A stretch of 63,825 bases of DNA, filler included, from Saprolegnia diclina VS20 (taxonomy: Eukaryota), in assembly GCF_000281045.1 (NCBI RefSeq). It is 15 parts of 4 records of this genome, joined end to end, with 100 filler letters (N's around TTAATTAATTAA, not from the genome) between each part and the next. Parts side by side here need not be neighbours in the genome. Positions count along the whole stretch, not along the records: positions 4,550 to 12,435 come from NW_008246160.1; positions 12,536 to 13,871 come from NW_008246161.1; positions 13,972 to 15,758 come from NW_008246161.1; positions 15,859 to 34,777 come from NW_008246161.1; 11 more parts are not named here. The stretch is one strand, 5' to 3'. Positions 11,102 to 22,185 of this stretch are shown one piece after another; within the stretch, counting starts at the first letter, position 1, and the number at the start of each line of letters is the position of its first letter. Made by a program: the position numbers and the translations under genes. Below the pieces are notes generated by a model, which did no database searches, was not told where the DNA came from, and was given only the letters and a program-made list of their open reading frames with translations.

Positions 11102-11151
11102 GGGTACCGAGACAGGCTCGTCGGAACCCGGGGTAGGGTAGGGGTAGGGTA
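11102..11151 (+). repeat. GC stem-loop followed by (GGGTA)n tract; related copy on the minus strand at about 31640-31690
   Basis: GGGTACCGAGACAGGCTCGTCGGAACCC hairpin followed by GGGGTAGGGTAGGGGTAGGGTA. Confidence 0.5.
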
Positions 11152-11236
11152 TCAAATACCAAAAAAATGCAAAAATGATATTGTTTATCGCGAATCGGTC
11201 GCTTGTGATTGGTAAACGCATGCAAGAGAGACGTTG

Positions 11237-12434
11237 TCATTTCGGTGCGATCGACATCCGACGGGGTTGGCTCAACCGCGAGCCGCGGTTGACGCCGACG
11301 TCGACGTAGCTCACGCGGTTGCTCGAGCTGAGCGTCGAATTCGACTGCAGTAGTGAAATGACTTTTGTCCACTGTGACGACTTGCGCTGATTCTGGCGCG
11401 TCATGCGTCGCTTCATGTTGTTGAACTTGATGATGGTAAACCGAAAAATCGACGCGTACTCGTCCTTCGAGACTGTCTGCCGGTCCTTGCACGCCACGTA
11501 ATAGTAAAGCGATATGACGACAACATAGGCCAGGTACGTAAGCGCCGCAACACCGTCGTCGTCTTGAAATGCCCCGAGAATCGAAATCGCCAGGATCCCA
11601 AAGCTCCCGATCGCGAGCACGGCGCTGCCTATGCCAAAGGGCGATCGATACCCGTGGCACTCGGCCTTGTACGACGTCCGCAGCAGGATAAAGCCAACGA
11701 GCTGCGCTGCATAACAGCCGCACGCTGCGAGCATCGCGAGGTGGGGCAAGGCTTTGGCGAAGACTTGAAAAAAATAGCTCAAGACGCAGAGGACGTAGCC
11801 AAACATAGAGGCAATCGTCACCGCCTTCCACCGCCCTGTGTACGCTGCGCTCTTGAGACCGAGCCATGGCGGCAACAGCGACGAGTCAGCGAGCGCTTGC
11901 ACGAGCCGGCCGCTCGGACGAAGAAACCCCAGCGCAGCACCCACATGCGCGGGAAAGACGAGCCACGCACTCGACGACGCCGAGAGGTCGTACGCCAACC
12001 GGAAACCATTAGTGAGCGGATACGCGGCCGTCGCAGCGCTGGCAATACCAGGCGGCAGCGACGGCACGAGGCAGACGATCGCAAAATTTGATACAAAGAG
12101 GACGCCGATGCAGTAGAGCATACCCCGGGGCACTGTCACCTTGGGTGAATTGGTCATATCGGTCACGAGCGAGAGACACTCGACGCCGGCATATGCCCAT
12201 GTCGTGTACGGTAGCCACGCGAGGTACGCACTCACGATCGTACCCGATGCCCAGACGCGCTGTGTTCCGTCTTGCGCGTCCGCGTAAGCCCCAAATTTTT
12301 CGAGATTTGCAAGTTGGATCGTACCGCCAATGAAGAGGACCGAGGGCAGCAGACTCAGTACCGCCAAGACGACGACCAAGGGCCACAAGAAGCGACCGGG
12401 CAGCGCCACGCAGCCAATGCAGACAGAGTACACA
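11237..12434 (-). CDS. APC-superfamily permease, copy 3 (5' end lost in gap), tail-to-tail with copy 2
   Basis: AWLPYTTWAYAGVE, YRSPFG, ACKDRQTVSKDEYASIFRFTIIKFNN. Confidence 0.88.
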
Positions 12435-12724
12435 ANNNNNNNNNNNNNNNNNNNNNNNNNNNNNNNNNNNNNNNNNNNNTTAATTAATTAANNNNNNNNN
12501 NNNNNNNNNNNNNNNNNNNNNNNNNNNNNNNNNNNTGCTCTTGACACGGGTGGAGGCGTTACCTTACGTTATTAGTGCACGCAGGAGGTCACAAGTAACC
12601 GAGTAAAGGCTAGCTTTCGCCGTCTCTCTTACACCTCGTTGCCACATGGTTGTCCCGTAGCACATACCAAATGATAAGCATAGTAGTATTTACAGTAAAA
12701 CGTGAATATAGTTCCCTTTGACAA

Positions 12725-12797
12725 CGAGCTCGAATTTTAAGTGGAACGCCTCGACCACTACACCAGGGGCCGACCCCCTGCAGCAGCGGTCGTTCAT
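12725..12797 (-). repeat. Truncated copy of tRNA-derived (SINE-like) repeat, with A box but no B box
   Basis: Reverse complement GGGGTCGGCCCCTGGTGTAGTGGTCGAGGCGTTCCACTTAAAATTCGAGCTCG is nearly identical to 53992-54043. Confidence 0.65.
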
Positions 12798-13971
12798 GAC
12801 GGTGTCGACTGCCACGACAAGCATCGCGACGTCGTCGCACATCGACATGCCAGCGCAACGATGGACTAGATGGATATTGCTGTTGCGACTCACGACTCAC
12901 GGCGCAACGGTTCGCACACCTCAAAGCCTCTAGCGTACCATCCGACACCGGCTACCAAAACGATAATCGTTGCTGCGGTCACCGGCGATACCATACCAGT
13001 GCCCAACGACCGCTCGCCGGAGCCAGGGGAAGAGCGACGGCAGCAAGTGTGCGACGACCGTCGCTTGATGGCTCCGGCAACCTTGTGACCGCCGAGTGAC
13101 GCTGCCTCGTGTACCCAAGATACAACGACCATGCTCGGCAAGAACACGGTAGTCGACGTCGCCCAGAGGTTCCACATGGCGCGACCACCGGCAATGACGC
13201 AGACGCCATGGATGTGACGGCACACCCGCTGTCTCGGGCTGGCTTGAGAGAAGAAGAGGTGATTGAACAATNNNNNNNNNNNNNNNNNNNNNNNNNNNNN
13301 NNNNNNNNNNNNNNNNNNNNNNNNNNNNNNNNNNNNNNNNNNNNNNNNNNNNNNNNNNNNNNNNNNNNNNNCCACCCAAGATTGATAGAGATGGACTTTT
13401 CAATGCAGTCGGGCCTCTTGCAATATTTAAATCGATTTTACAGTCAATATTCGGTATTTTTCGTGCGAGCCTTCTACATGTAGTACTCACTTTTGTCTAT
13501 TGAGACGACAATAACTCGAATTCCTGGCCGCACATGAACGTACTTCGATTTGTTTCTTGTGACATCTCCTCCCCGATGCAAGCAAGTCGATTTGCTACCC
13601 GCTGCGGGCTACGTTTGTACATCGCCAAAGTAACGCGTGGACGACGGCTTCTGTCGAGATTGCGAACGTCAGAAACGCCGACCGATGACGACAACTCGAT
13701 GCAGCGGTCACCTACGGCGCCGTTCATGGTCAAGATAGTCGTCGGCAAATGTCAACCTGACGCTACGACGGCGCTCAAGTTCGAGATGGCCACCGGTCGA
13801 CGTCGACAAGCGGTGCAGGCGTCGACGAAAACGGCGCTCTCCGTCGATACGATTGCCGCCCGCGATGACGCNNNNNNNNNNNNNNNNNNNNNNNNNNNNN
13901 NNNNNNNNNNNNNNNTTAATTAATTAANNNNNNNNNNNNNNNNNNNNNNNNNNNNNNNNNNNNNNNNNNNN

Positions 13972-14786
13972 CCAGCCTCGACCGTGACCGAGATCGGCTG
14001 CGTGTCGAGCGCCTTCTGGATCGCGCTCTCGCCGCGAATGTCGACGGTCTTGCCGATGCTGAGCTTGGTCTTGGAGCACGACGACTTGCAGGCGCTGTCG
14101 CTGGTCGTGTACGGGTAGTCCTTGGCCGAGCAGAGACCGGTCGACGAGATGTAGTCGAGCGCCTTGTTGGGCCAGCCGCCCTGGCAACCCTGGCCTGCGC
14201 TCTTGGCGCAGCTCACAAGCTGCTGCTCCGAGAGGTCGAGGAGCTTGCCCGTGACGATGCAGTGGCCCATGGCTGAAGCGCCGGCGGTGGCAAAGGCCCA
14301 GCAGCTGCCGCAGCTGCCCTGGTTCTTGACCGGCGGCATGCACTTGCTCGTCGTCCAGTCCTTGTCGGCGGCCTCGATCTGGGACTGCGTGAGCGTGGTC
14401 TCTTCGCGCTCGGCGCGCAGAACGCGGCGCGCCTGCTCCTTGTTGAACGAGCCCTTGACGTACGCCTCGAACTCGTGTGCGTTGAGAAGGGCAAACTGGT
14501 TGTTGTAGTCAAAGATGGCGCCCGGGTGCTTCTTGTTGAGGTCGGCGACGACCTCCTTGGCGTTGGCAAAGCGCGTGAGCTCGTCCTCGAGCTTGGCTTC
14601 TTCGGTCAGCGCCTCTTCCGTGTTCTGGGACGGAAGAAGACCGAGCGACTCGGCCGACTTGCCCGCATGGCTCGACTTCCACTGCTCGAGTTCCTTGGCG
14701 AGCGCGGTGCGGTCTGTGTCCGACATTTGGAGCGCGACGACCGACGACGCGGTGGCGAGGAGGGCGGTGAGGAAGATGAGCTTCAT
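13972..14786 (-). CDS. Secreted papain-family (C1A) cysteine protease with prodomain, 3' end lost in gap
   Basis: Signal MKLIFLTALLATASSVVA; prodomain NQFA motif; DW...PVKNQGSCGSCWAF catalytic Cys; LSEQQLVSC, GCQGG. INR-like TCATTTTCACATT upstream. Confidence 0.95.
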
Positions 14787-15199
14787 GGGAGATGTGGTCG
14801 AGGCAAAGCCAATGTGAAAATGAAGCGAGATATGGTCGCTGATGCGGCCGCTGGATGGATTTAGGAACTTGGGATCGCTACACATATGGTGGCGGGACTG
14901 TCGCTGTTTGCTGTTGGGGTATCTGTGTTTTATTTGTCAACGAGCGGCTGTTAGGCTATGGAAGGTCTGGCTGTCTAATCTCCCCAGCCGGTGCCTCGTC
15001 TGGGGTGCGTGCGGTGGCAGCCAAGGTGTTTGTGACTATAGAGTGGCACCGCGATAAGCGAAGAAGACGTAGTACGCTGTTTGATCGTAGAATTCTGAAT
15101 CCTTATGAGAACAAGTCTTTTTCCTCTCATAAGTCAGCCGAAAGTAGCGCACGCGTAGCGCTCGGGAATAATCCCATCGTGTTTGATGGAAAATCATGG

Positions 15200-15520
15200 A
15201 CGCGGTTGTTTCTCCGACAGTACGACGACTTGACTGCAGAGCGTTGTCTTGACAAAATACCATATTGAAAACGAACGGGCGAGATTTAGTAAATTGGGAT
15301 TCAAGTTGATTGCTGAACAATGCATTATGCAGGTGGGGCCTATCGTTTTGGTGGAGCAAGACCGTACTGGACGCACCGTTTTGAATGTGGGGTTGTTTCC
15401 TCTTGGAAGCAACTTTATCCACAAGCTGTGAACGATCGAACCCTATACCTTTGGCACCCAGCTCGACAACTCGAACCCAGTCGTATAATGCACGGCGAGA
15501 TTCTGCGGCATCGTACATCA
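15200..15520 (-). mobile_element. Decayed pogo/CENP-B-like transposase remnant
   Basis: ALYDWVRVVELGAKGIGFDRSQLVDKV resembles the pogo HTH region; RPFVFNM resembles the RIFNMDET catalytic start. Confidence 0.35.
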
Positions 15521-16782
15521 AATGCCAGGCCCTGGGTTCAACTCATGCGATGTACTGTACTTTCTACTTGTGGTTGCGCGACCACTTTCTACTTGTGGCT
15601 GCTCGAGTACATTTCAATTGAAGTCCTGCAGCTAGACTCGCCTAGACTAACCGAGCTGTAATTGTGTTGCCGAGCATCAAGGGAATCTCATTACCTCTTG
15701 CCTTGCGTGCATGCATGCTCTTGACGCGGGTGGAGGCGTTACCTTACGTTATTAGTGCNNNNNNNNNNNNNNNNNNNNNNNNNNNNNNNNNNNNNNNNNN
15801 NNTTAATTAATTAANNNNNNNNNNNNNNNNNNNNNNNNNNNNNNNNNNNNNNNNNNNNATTGATGGGTCCTGCGCGCTAGCGCGGGACCTCAAAACTACG
15901 CCTTGAAACATTGTGTTCAAGTGTTAGATAGACCCGAATGCTGAAATAATACGAATGTTAGGGCGGCTAAGAAAGAGCTCCATATCGAAGCAAGATCGGG
16001 ACGTGCACCTCCCTCACCACACATAGGAATATGGACGTCGAAGCCGCTGCAACACTACAAAGACTCATCTTTCGGAAGAGCCCGCCAGATGCACCGCAGC
16101 GAAACGGAGGTCGCGTCCGGCACATGCGTCAGTCACTGTCCAAGCTACCACACAGACATACCACTAGAGGTCGACCAAACCTGCCCATAGAACAGGTCCC
16201 TTGCGGGGTGAGCTGGTAGGAACTTTTGTATTGAATGCGAAGCGTTGATAACGGTATTGCGACGACGGCGCGTTGGCCTAGACAAAAGTCAACGCTCGAC
16301 CTTCGCTGCGCTGCGGTGTGCAGACTTTTCCGGGCCAACGCGCCGTCGTCGCTTGCTGCAGTCTTCGCGCGCTTCTGAAATCGCACCTAATCGGAAAGTT
16401 GCGTGAATTTCGTTTAAGTACACAGGCGCACTTCAGCGCAATTGTTTTACTTTAATCAACTATAACGTCCGGAAGATGGCCAGCACTTAACGGGAACACC
16501 AAAACCGCACTTAATTAGACACCTTTCGCGCAATCCGATTGGCTTAGACCAATGAAACTGCGTTTCATTGGCCAAAATGGCTCGATATATAGCCAATGGG
16601 TTGGCCGGATTGAGACACGACACACCGAATCAATCCCCTGGGATGCTGGTACACCACGTAAACGTTCCTACTACCAGGAAAACACGAGGGTACCTCTAGA
16701 AAATGTATTAATTCTTTTGTGTACCAACCAACAAACTGTATTTTAGATTGGTACAACGAGGCATCCAACGAGAATCGACAAA

Positions 16783-17868
16783 CTAGGCGCGGTTGTAGGA
16801 TGCTTGAAACTGGTGCGGCAGCTCGGTGCACTGACCGGCGGTGAGCGAGACTGTCGCCGCGATCGTTTCCCCCGCGATTGACGTCATTTCGACCTTGGCG
16901 ACATTCAAGTCAATGTGGCCTTTGGCCATGAAAAAATAGTTGGAGCTCGTCGAGAAGAGGTCGCTGGCGGCGCCGTTGATGCTCATTTTTGCCACACCAT
17001 GGCGCGCATTGGCGGGCTGGAGCGCGAGCCAGTACGGGTTACTGCCCGCCTTGGCACAGACCTTAAGGTTGCCAGAGACAGGGCAGTCGACAAAGCGCCA
17101 CGCGATCGCAAACGAGTCGGTGGTCGCGCCCGTCACTTTTTGGAAAAACGGCAATGTCAGGTCCAAGCTCCCATCCGCGCAGCCGTGGCATTGGTCCGAG
17201 ACCTGGCCGAGCACTGGCGTCTTGGACGGACACCGGTCGTCGACGCACGTCACTTGCACGCACCGGCCGCAGTTGGTACCGGAGGCCCATTGCGCATGGT
17301 TGATGGCTGCATGGAAGGTCTTGGCATTCGCGATCCAGTCCATGAGACCGCAGTTGCCGCTGTTGACATCGACGCCATCGACGCCACCGTACGTTGTCGC
17401 AAGGCCGGTGCTGGTCCCATCGCCCTTTGTTTGCGTACTGCAGTTGGTAGGACCGGTTGCAAAGAGAGTTGTGGCGACCCACTCGCCGGACGCATTGGCT
17501 CTTTGAACGCTGAACCCGACACGGGTGAACTCCGGGTTCAAAATGTTGGCGCGGTGCTTGGTCGAGTTCATCCAGTGCATGACCATGCCGTTGGCGCTGG
17601 CGACAGCGCCGCGCACCGAATTTTCACCACAGACGGCGTTCGGGCCAATGGCGTGGCAGCGCGCGGCAAGCTTGGTATGATCGAGCGAGTGGGCGATGAT
17701 TTGGCCAGCGACATGGGTGGCCGTGAGCGCATTGAGCTGCGTATCGAGACACGCGAACGGTGCGAGGTTGTGATGGATGCGCTGGGCGTTGTGTTCACGG
17801 AAGAGGTCGTCGAGGATGTCGGCGGCAGCGAGAGAGAGCAGCGTGCACAGCGTAGTAAGGAGCTGCAT
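16783..17868 (-). CDS. Secreted CAP/SCP domain fused to expansin-like (EXLX: DPBB + CBM63-like) domains
   Basis: ATG 17868 follows an INR-like TCATTTTCATATATTTG; signal MQLLTTLCTLLSLAAA. CAP motifs HNAQR, CGEN, WMNSTKHRANILNP. Expansin motifs ATTYG, GNCG, NCGRCVQVTC, DQCHGC...LDL, WRFVDCPV, GSNPYWLALQP. Confidence 0.9.
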   Translation of the reverse strand: MQLLTTLCTLLSLAAADILDDLFREHNAQRIHHNLAPFACLDTQLNALTATHVAGQIIAHSLDHTKLAARCHAIGPNAVCGENSVRGAVASANGMVMHWMNSTKHRANILNPEFTRVGFSVQRANASGEWVATTLFATGPTNCSTQTKGDGTSTGLATTYGGVDGVDVNSGNCGLMDWIANAKTFHAAINHAQWASGTNCGRCVQVTCVDDRCPSKTPVLGQVSDQCHGCADGSLDLTLPFFQKVTGATTDSFAIAWRFVDCPVSGNLKVCAKAGSNPYWLALQPANARHGVAKMSINGAASDLFSTSSNYFFMAKGHIDLNVAKVEMTSIAGETIAATVSLTAGQCTELPHQFQASYNRA

Positions 17869-19110
17869 GACGTCAAATATATGAAAATGAAAACTGGACT
17901 TGGACGGCGAACGAGAGATCTGGATGTCCAATGGTTCGAATGGGATGCACAGTTTGAGCGACCAGGATGTGGCGTAGGTAGATAAAACCATATGTTCATT
18001 GACACGAGGTGATCGAGGCTGGATACGCCGCTTATCGCTGAACGCCAAAGTATCCAGACAAAACGACGTTGGATACAGATAGCGGAGCAATGAAGCAACT
18101 TTTGAGAAGGGAGGGAGGGACATATTTATAATCAAACCGATCGCGTGGAACAAAACGACGACATGAACCAGGAAAAGGATGTATTTTTCTGGATTTTCCG
18201 GTCCTGTCCATTTTCTCACGGCCAAAAACAGCTGTTTTTGAAACGCACGATGACCGCACATTGAACAAGCCGATGGAAATAAACAATTTTCCTGGCGTGG
18301 GCGCAAGATGGTAGACGAGATTTCGCGTGCACTAATCACGTACGGGACGTTGGACAGCCGAATAGCGAAATATACACGAGTGTTCGATGCGGCCACTCGA
18401 AAATGAACCAATAGCGATGGCGAATGCCCGTCATTTTGTATCCTCAACAAAGCATGAGGCCGAAAGCAAATTCATATTCAATTCTTTCAGTACAACAAAG
18501 CGTCGGCCACATGTGCAGTGGCTCCAGAGAGGCTATATGCCGACGCGCGTGGCTATCAAAGACCTGCAAGCATTCGTTCAGAAAAATCACCAACAATTGC
18601 TGTTTAATCCCAAAACAATCAACCAAAAATTCAAACCCAACCAAAAACGGGAAAATTGAGCCTTCATAATTCTAGACATACCGGTGATAGCATCAAGACT
18701 CTCCGCCGTGCGCGGGCACGCGTGAGGCTAGGGTAACAACCTCCATATCTTCCTCCGGCGAGACTGCCGCAATGGCATCGAATCATGGTGCAAGGTCGGC
18801 TGATTAGTCGACACATACCCGCGTTTAGTGGCGGTATGTTCGCCAAGCGCAACTGGTTCGAGCCAGTTCGCATTTCCTGGCGTCTCTGTCCATACTTGTT
18901 CGAGTATGCAGTCGATGTGATAAATACTAATCGACTCGAAAATGATGTTGGACGCTTCTCGTCATGCACTTGGTATACGACACAACAACGGTGGTCGTGG
19001 TCGATCCTGGCATTGAGCAAACCGGTATCATCGCCCTCCACATATATGATTGGAGCATTTTCTGGGATTTTCCAATTTTCCATCAATCACTTTTTCTGAT
19101 CATCCGGATT

Positions 19111-19200
19111 TCAAAGTGCACTGTCCAAGGATGTCGGAAGACGACGAAGGGCCGGGCGACGCCGCCAGACGGGCTGCTCCTGCCCCACATCATCCTCTGC
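19111..19200 (+). pseudogene. 5' fragment of the RNI-like LRR gene family
   Basis: Encodes RKTTKGRATPPDGLLLPHII, matching the N-termini of the 19608 and 23026 genes; upstream CAAAGTGCACT is shared with the 23026 gene. Confidence 0.7.
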
Positions 19201-19607
19201 AAACGAGAAGATTTCAATAGCTAGCGCGCTTTGGCAGCAAGCAATGAGGCGTCCCCACAACATCACTTTAGTAACAATCTCAACAAACCTTGCCAGCACA
19301 GAAGGCGCTGGTGCTTGGTAGCGTAGAATTGGCCCTTCGAAAACGTGCATTGCTGGAGCGCTCGTGTCAGAACGCTGGGCCGGCATCGATGGTCGATGCA
19401 ATGGCACTGAAGGTTGTACACGGCTTCGAATGTTGTGCCCACCAACGGTTGTCATCCTTGCTGGTGCAAATAATTGTCCAATATATTGGCATAAATGCAT
19501 CAAGCCAATCCCTTGGCATCGCCTTTGATTGATCGATTTGATTGGCGGGCTCTCCTGCAGATTCCACCAATCCTTTTTGACCTGGTCATCCGGATACCAT
19601 TCTAAGC

Positions 19608-21149
19608 ATGTCCGAGTCGCGCGAGAAGAAGGGCCGCGCGACGCCGTTGGACGGGCTCGTCCAGCCCCATATCATCGAGGCGATTGCGACGTCCCTTGAC
19701 AACAGTGTTGAATTCAATTGCTTCCTCGACGCGGTGCCGCGCTCTCTCTGGACACCGGCGCTCACGGCCTTTGTCGACGTCACCACCGTGGCGCCGTCGA
19801 GCGTCTACGACGACTGGCCGTACCTCATCCTCTGCGAGACAGACTTATCGCCAACGGTTGTGGGCATGCTTGTGCAGACGCTGCCGTTGCGCTTGCTCAT
19901 GGGCTTTGAGTGCACGATCTACGAAGCGGCGCCGTTGGTCCAGCTGGTCCCGAGCCTCGGGCCCGCGCTGAGCTCCATCATTCTTGCTTTCGACGACACG
20001 ATCATGGTCGACGGCCAAGGCCAAACGATTGCGGATCTTCTCTTGCAGCAGTGCCCACGCATGACCCATATTTTGATTCACGCTGTGTTCAACAACAACA
20101 ACAACAACAACGAGGAGCGTGTCGAGCTTAGCAATCTGCTGGCGGTCGTCGCCCACCCGCGCGTCGAGCAGCTGCTGCTCAGCTTGCACGACGTTCACGC
20201 GACGCCGCGGCTCGGGCATTACCTGGCGTCATGGCTCTTAAGAGCCCCATCGACGAGTCTGATCCTGCGCAACATTATTCACATGGACGACGACGCGGCG
20301 ATGGCGTTCTGCGACGCACTACAAGCCAACACGACGCTCACCGAGCTCGTGCTCAGTCGCGTCGCCAACCTCGTGGACCTACGCGGCCGGACGCTTCCAA
20401 CGTCCTTGCAACATCTCGAGTGGGCGACGCGCGTCGGCGCGCCCGACGTCGACGATGCAACCATCGAGCACCTCGCCATCGCCGTGGGCTCCACTCGGCT
20501 CAAGCACTTTGGCTGCTGCGTCTTTGGCAGAGTCGCGCAGTGCCCAGCCGCTGCATCGATGCTAGCGCAGCTGCAGTCGCTCGACGTCATCGCGCTGCCC
20601 GCTGACGGCGTCCAAGCGCTCATTGCTGGCTTGTCGACGGTGCCGGCGCTGACAACGCTTGCCCTGCAAAAGAGTCAGATGACCTCGGAAGACGACGCGG
20701 TGCAGCTCATGGACGCGCTCGCGACCTCGTGTCCGCTTCTGAGTCGTCTTAATTTGAACGAGCACGCCATGGGCTACGATGGCGTCGCCGCCGTGCTAGC
20801 GGCCGCACCGCGCTTGCCGCAGCTAACGTCGCTGGACGTGTCGCCAAAATTCAACGTCATGACGTTGCCGGAGCTGCTGTACATCCTCATGGAGCTCGTC
20901 GTCGCGGGCCGCCACGTCCGTGAGCTCTACGTGAAGACGGTGATGCGGCAGATGACCGTCAATGGCGTGCGCGCACCGCTGAGTGATGGCAAAAAGGTCA
21001 AGCGCGCGGTTTTGCGCGCACTCGCCATGATCCACGACGTTCCGTTTGTCCTAAATCAATTCCCAGCCAACGTCGAGCCGCATGTCGTCGACGCTCTCGG
21101 TGCGACGGCCGAGCGTGCGGACCGTTGTCAGTTATACCTCAACTTTTAG
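19608..21149 (+). CDS. RNI-like leucine-rich-repeat protein, copy 1
   Basis: 513-aa intronless ORF; LRR-like units ALQANTTLTELVL, LTTLAL, LSRLNL, LTSLDVS; (AAC)7 poly-Asn at 20091-20111. Confidence 0.85.
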   Translation: MSESREKKGRATPLDGLVQPHIIEAIATSLDNSVEFNCFLDAVPRSLWTPALTAFVDVTTVAPSSVYDDWPYLILCETDLSPTVVGMLVQTLPLRLLMGFECTIYEAAPLVQLVPSLGPALSSIILAFDDTIMVDGQGQTIADLLLQQCPRMTHILIHAVFNNNNNNNEERVELSNLLAVVAHPRVEQLLLSLHDVHATPRLGHYLASWLLRAPSTSLILRNIIHMDDDAAMAFCDALQANTTLTELVLSRVANLVDLRGRTLPTSLQHLEWATRVGAPDVDDATIEHLAIAVGSTRLKHFGCCVFGRVAQCPAAASMLAQLQSLDVIALPADGVQALIAGLSTVPALTTLALQKSQMTSEDDAVQLMDALATSCPLLSRLNLNEHAMGYDGVAAVLAAAPRLPQLTSLDVSPKFNVMTLPELLYILMELVVAGRHVRELYVKTVMRQMTVNGVRAPLSDGKKVKRAVLRALAMIHDVPFVLNQFPANVEPHVVDALGATAERADRCQLYLNF

Positions 21150-21839
21150 AGATTGTATATAATAAACGCCAAAATAGCTTTACATACTCAGATCATACAT
21201 TCGATCATGCCGAGGTGACCCATCCACCGAGACGTTCGACTCCTCGACGGGCTCGTCTTTGCCCTCGACAAACGAGTGACTTGGCAATTAACCTTGAAGC
21301 ACACAGCGACTAGTACACTGTACCGTCGATAGCATACCCTTTGGTTGCTATCTGCAACATAGATGGACTAGTCGATGGAAACTTGCACATGGAACGAGGC
21401 GGTGCCACAAGCTCAACTTTGAAAGTAATGATATCAACAACCTTGCTAGCACAGACGACACTGATAGCGTCGAATGGACCAAGACGATTACTGTCGTCTC
21501 TCCAAGGTTTTGAGCAAGGGAATCCCTCCATCGCCATTAGACTCCAGGGTCAATAATCTAATTATTGACCCATATTAGACTGCTTTTGCCACTAAGATTT
21601 CTTTTGAAGGTTCAACTTTCGGAACACGAGCCAGTTCGTGAGAAGGGAGTCGCGTGTCCAATGTTTTTGCAAACGCGATTTTTCAAATTTCACGACTGGC
21701 CCATAGACGACGAACTGCTTGCTCCTTGTCCAACTCGTTGGTTGTGTGAGCTCCCGGGCCATCTCCATTCCAAGTACACGTTTCAACGTTGCCGCTCCAA
21801 GTGAGACAGATTGTCTGTCAAAGGTCCGCCTCACCAAGC

Positions 21840-22160
21840 AACAGAGCTGGTGCGCTATTTACAGAGATCCCGCGTACACGAAGTGATCGTGTCCGGCTTC
21901 AAAGGCGCCAATCTTGACGAGCGCAAGGCCGATTTCATGTACGACCAGTGGTGAGCAGAACGGCAACACAGTAGGAGCGGCTGAAGCCAGCGCTTCTGCC
22001 CACCTTTGTAATCCGTGTATACAAATTGCGGACGATGCCAAATCCCCACTCGACGCTTACTCGTACCGAGCTCATGCACCGGTTGAATGAAGCGATGAAA
22101 CCAAATGTCGCTCTACTCCGACTTGTGCCCCCCAACGGCAGAAGAGTATCTGCATCTCTC
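21840..22160 (+). pseudogene. Decayed PIF/Harbinger (DDE_Tnp_4-type) transposase C-terminus with internal inversion 21934..22087
   Basis: IYRDPAY and GFKGANL on +; FNRCMSSVRVSVEWGFG...VAVLLT on -; NQMSLY.DLCPPTAEEYL on +. All parallel the intact transposase at 32303. Confidence 0.8.
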
Positions 22161-22185
22161 AGCACCACATCTCAATGGAGAAGGT

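Noticed and set aside
11130..11151. (GGGTA)n as telomere
   Set aside because: Too short, internal, and differs from the TTTAGGG/TTAGGG-type repeats expected in oomycetes.
12536..15758. 43-bp direct repeat at 12536 and 15716 as element termini
   Set aside because: Both copies sit exactly at contig ends; most likely a contig overlap (misordered contigs or alleles).
16548..16570. Palindrome CCAATGAAAC-TGC-GTTTCATTGG as a terminator
   Set aside because: Eukaryotic context with no U-tract; more likely paired CCAAT boxes or transposon subterminal sequence.
17869..18450. N-terminal extension making the CAP-expansin ORF 555 aa
   Set aside because: An INR motif and signal peptide point to ATG 17868; the upstream part is AT-richer and non-coding-like.
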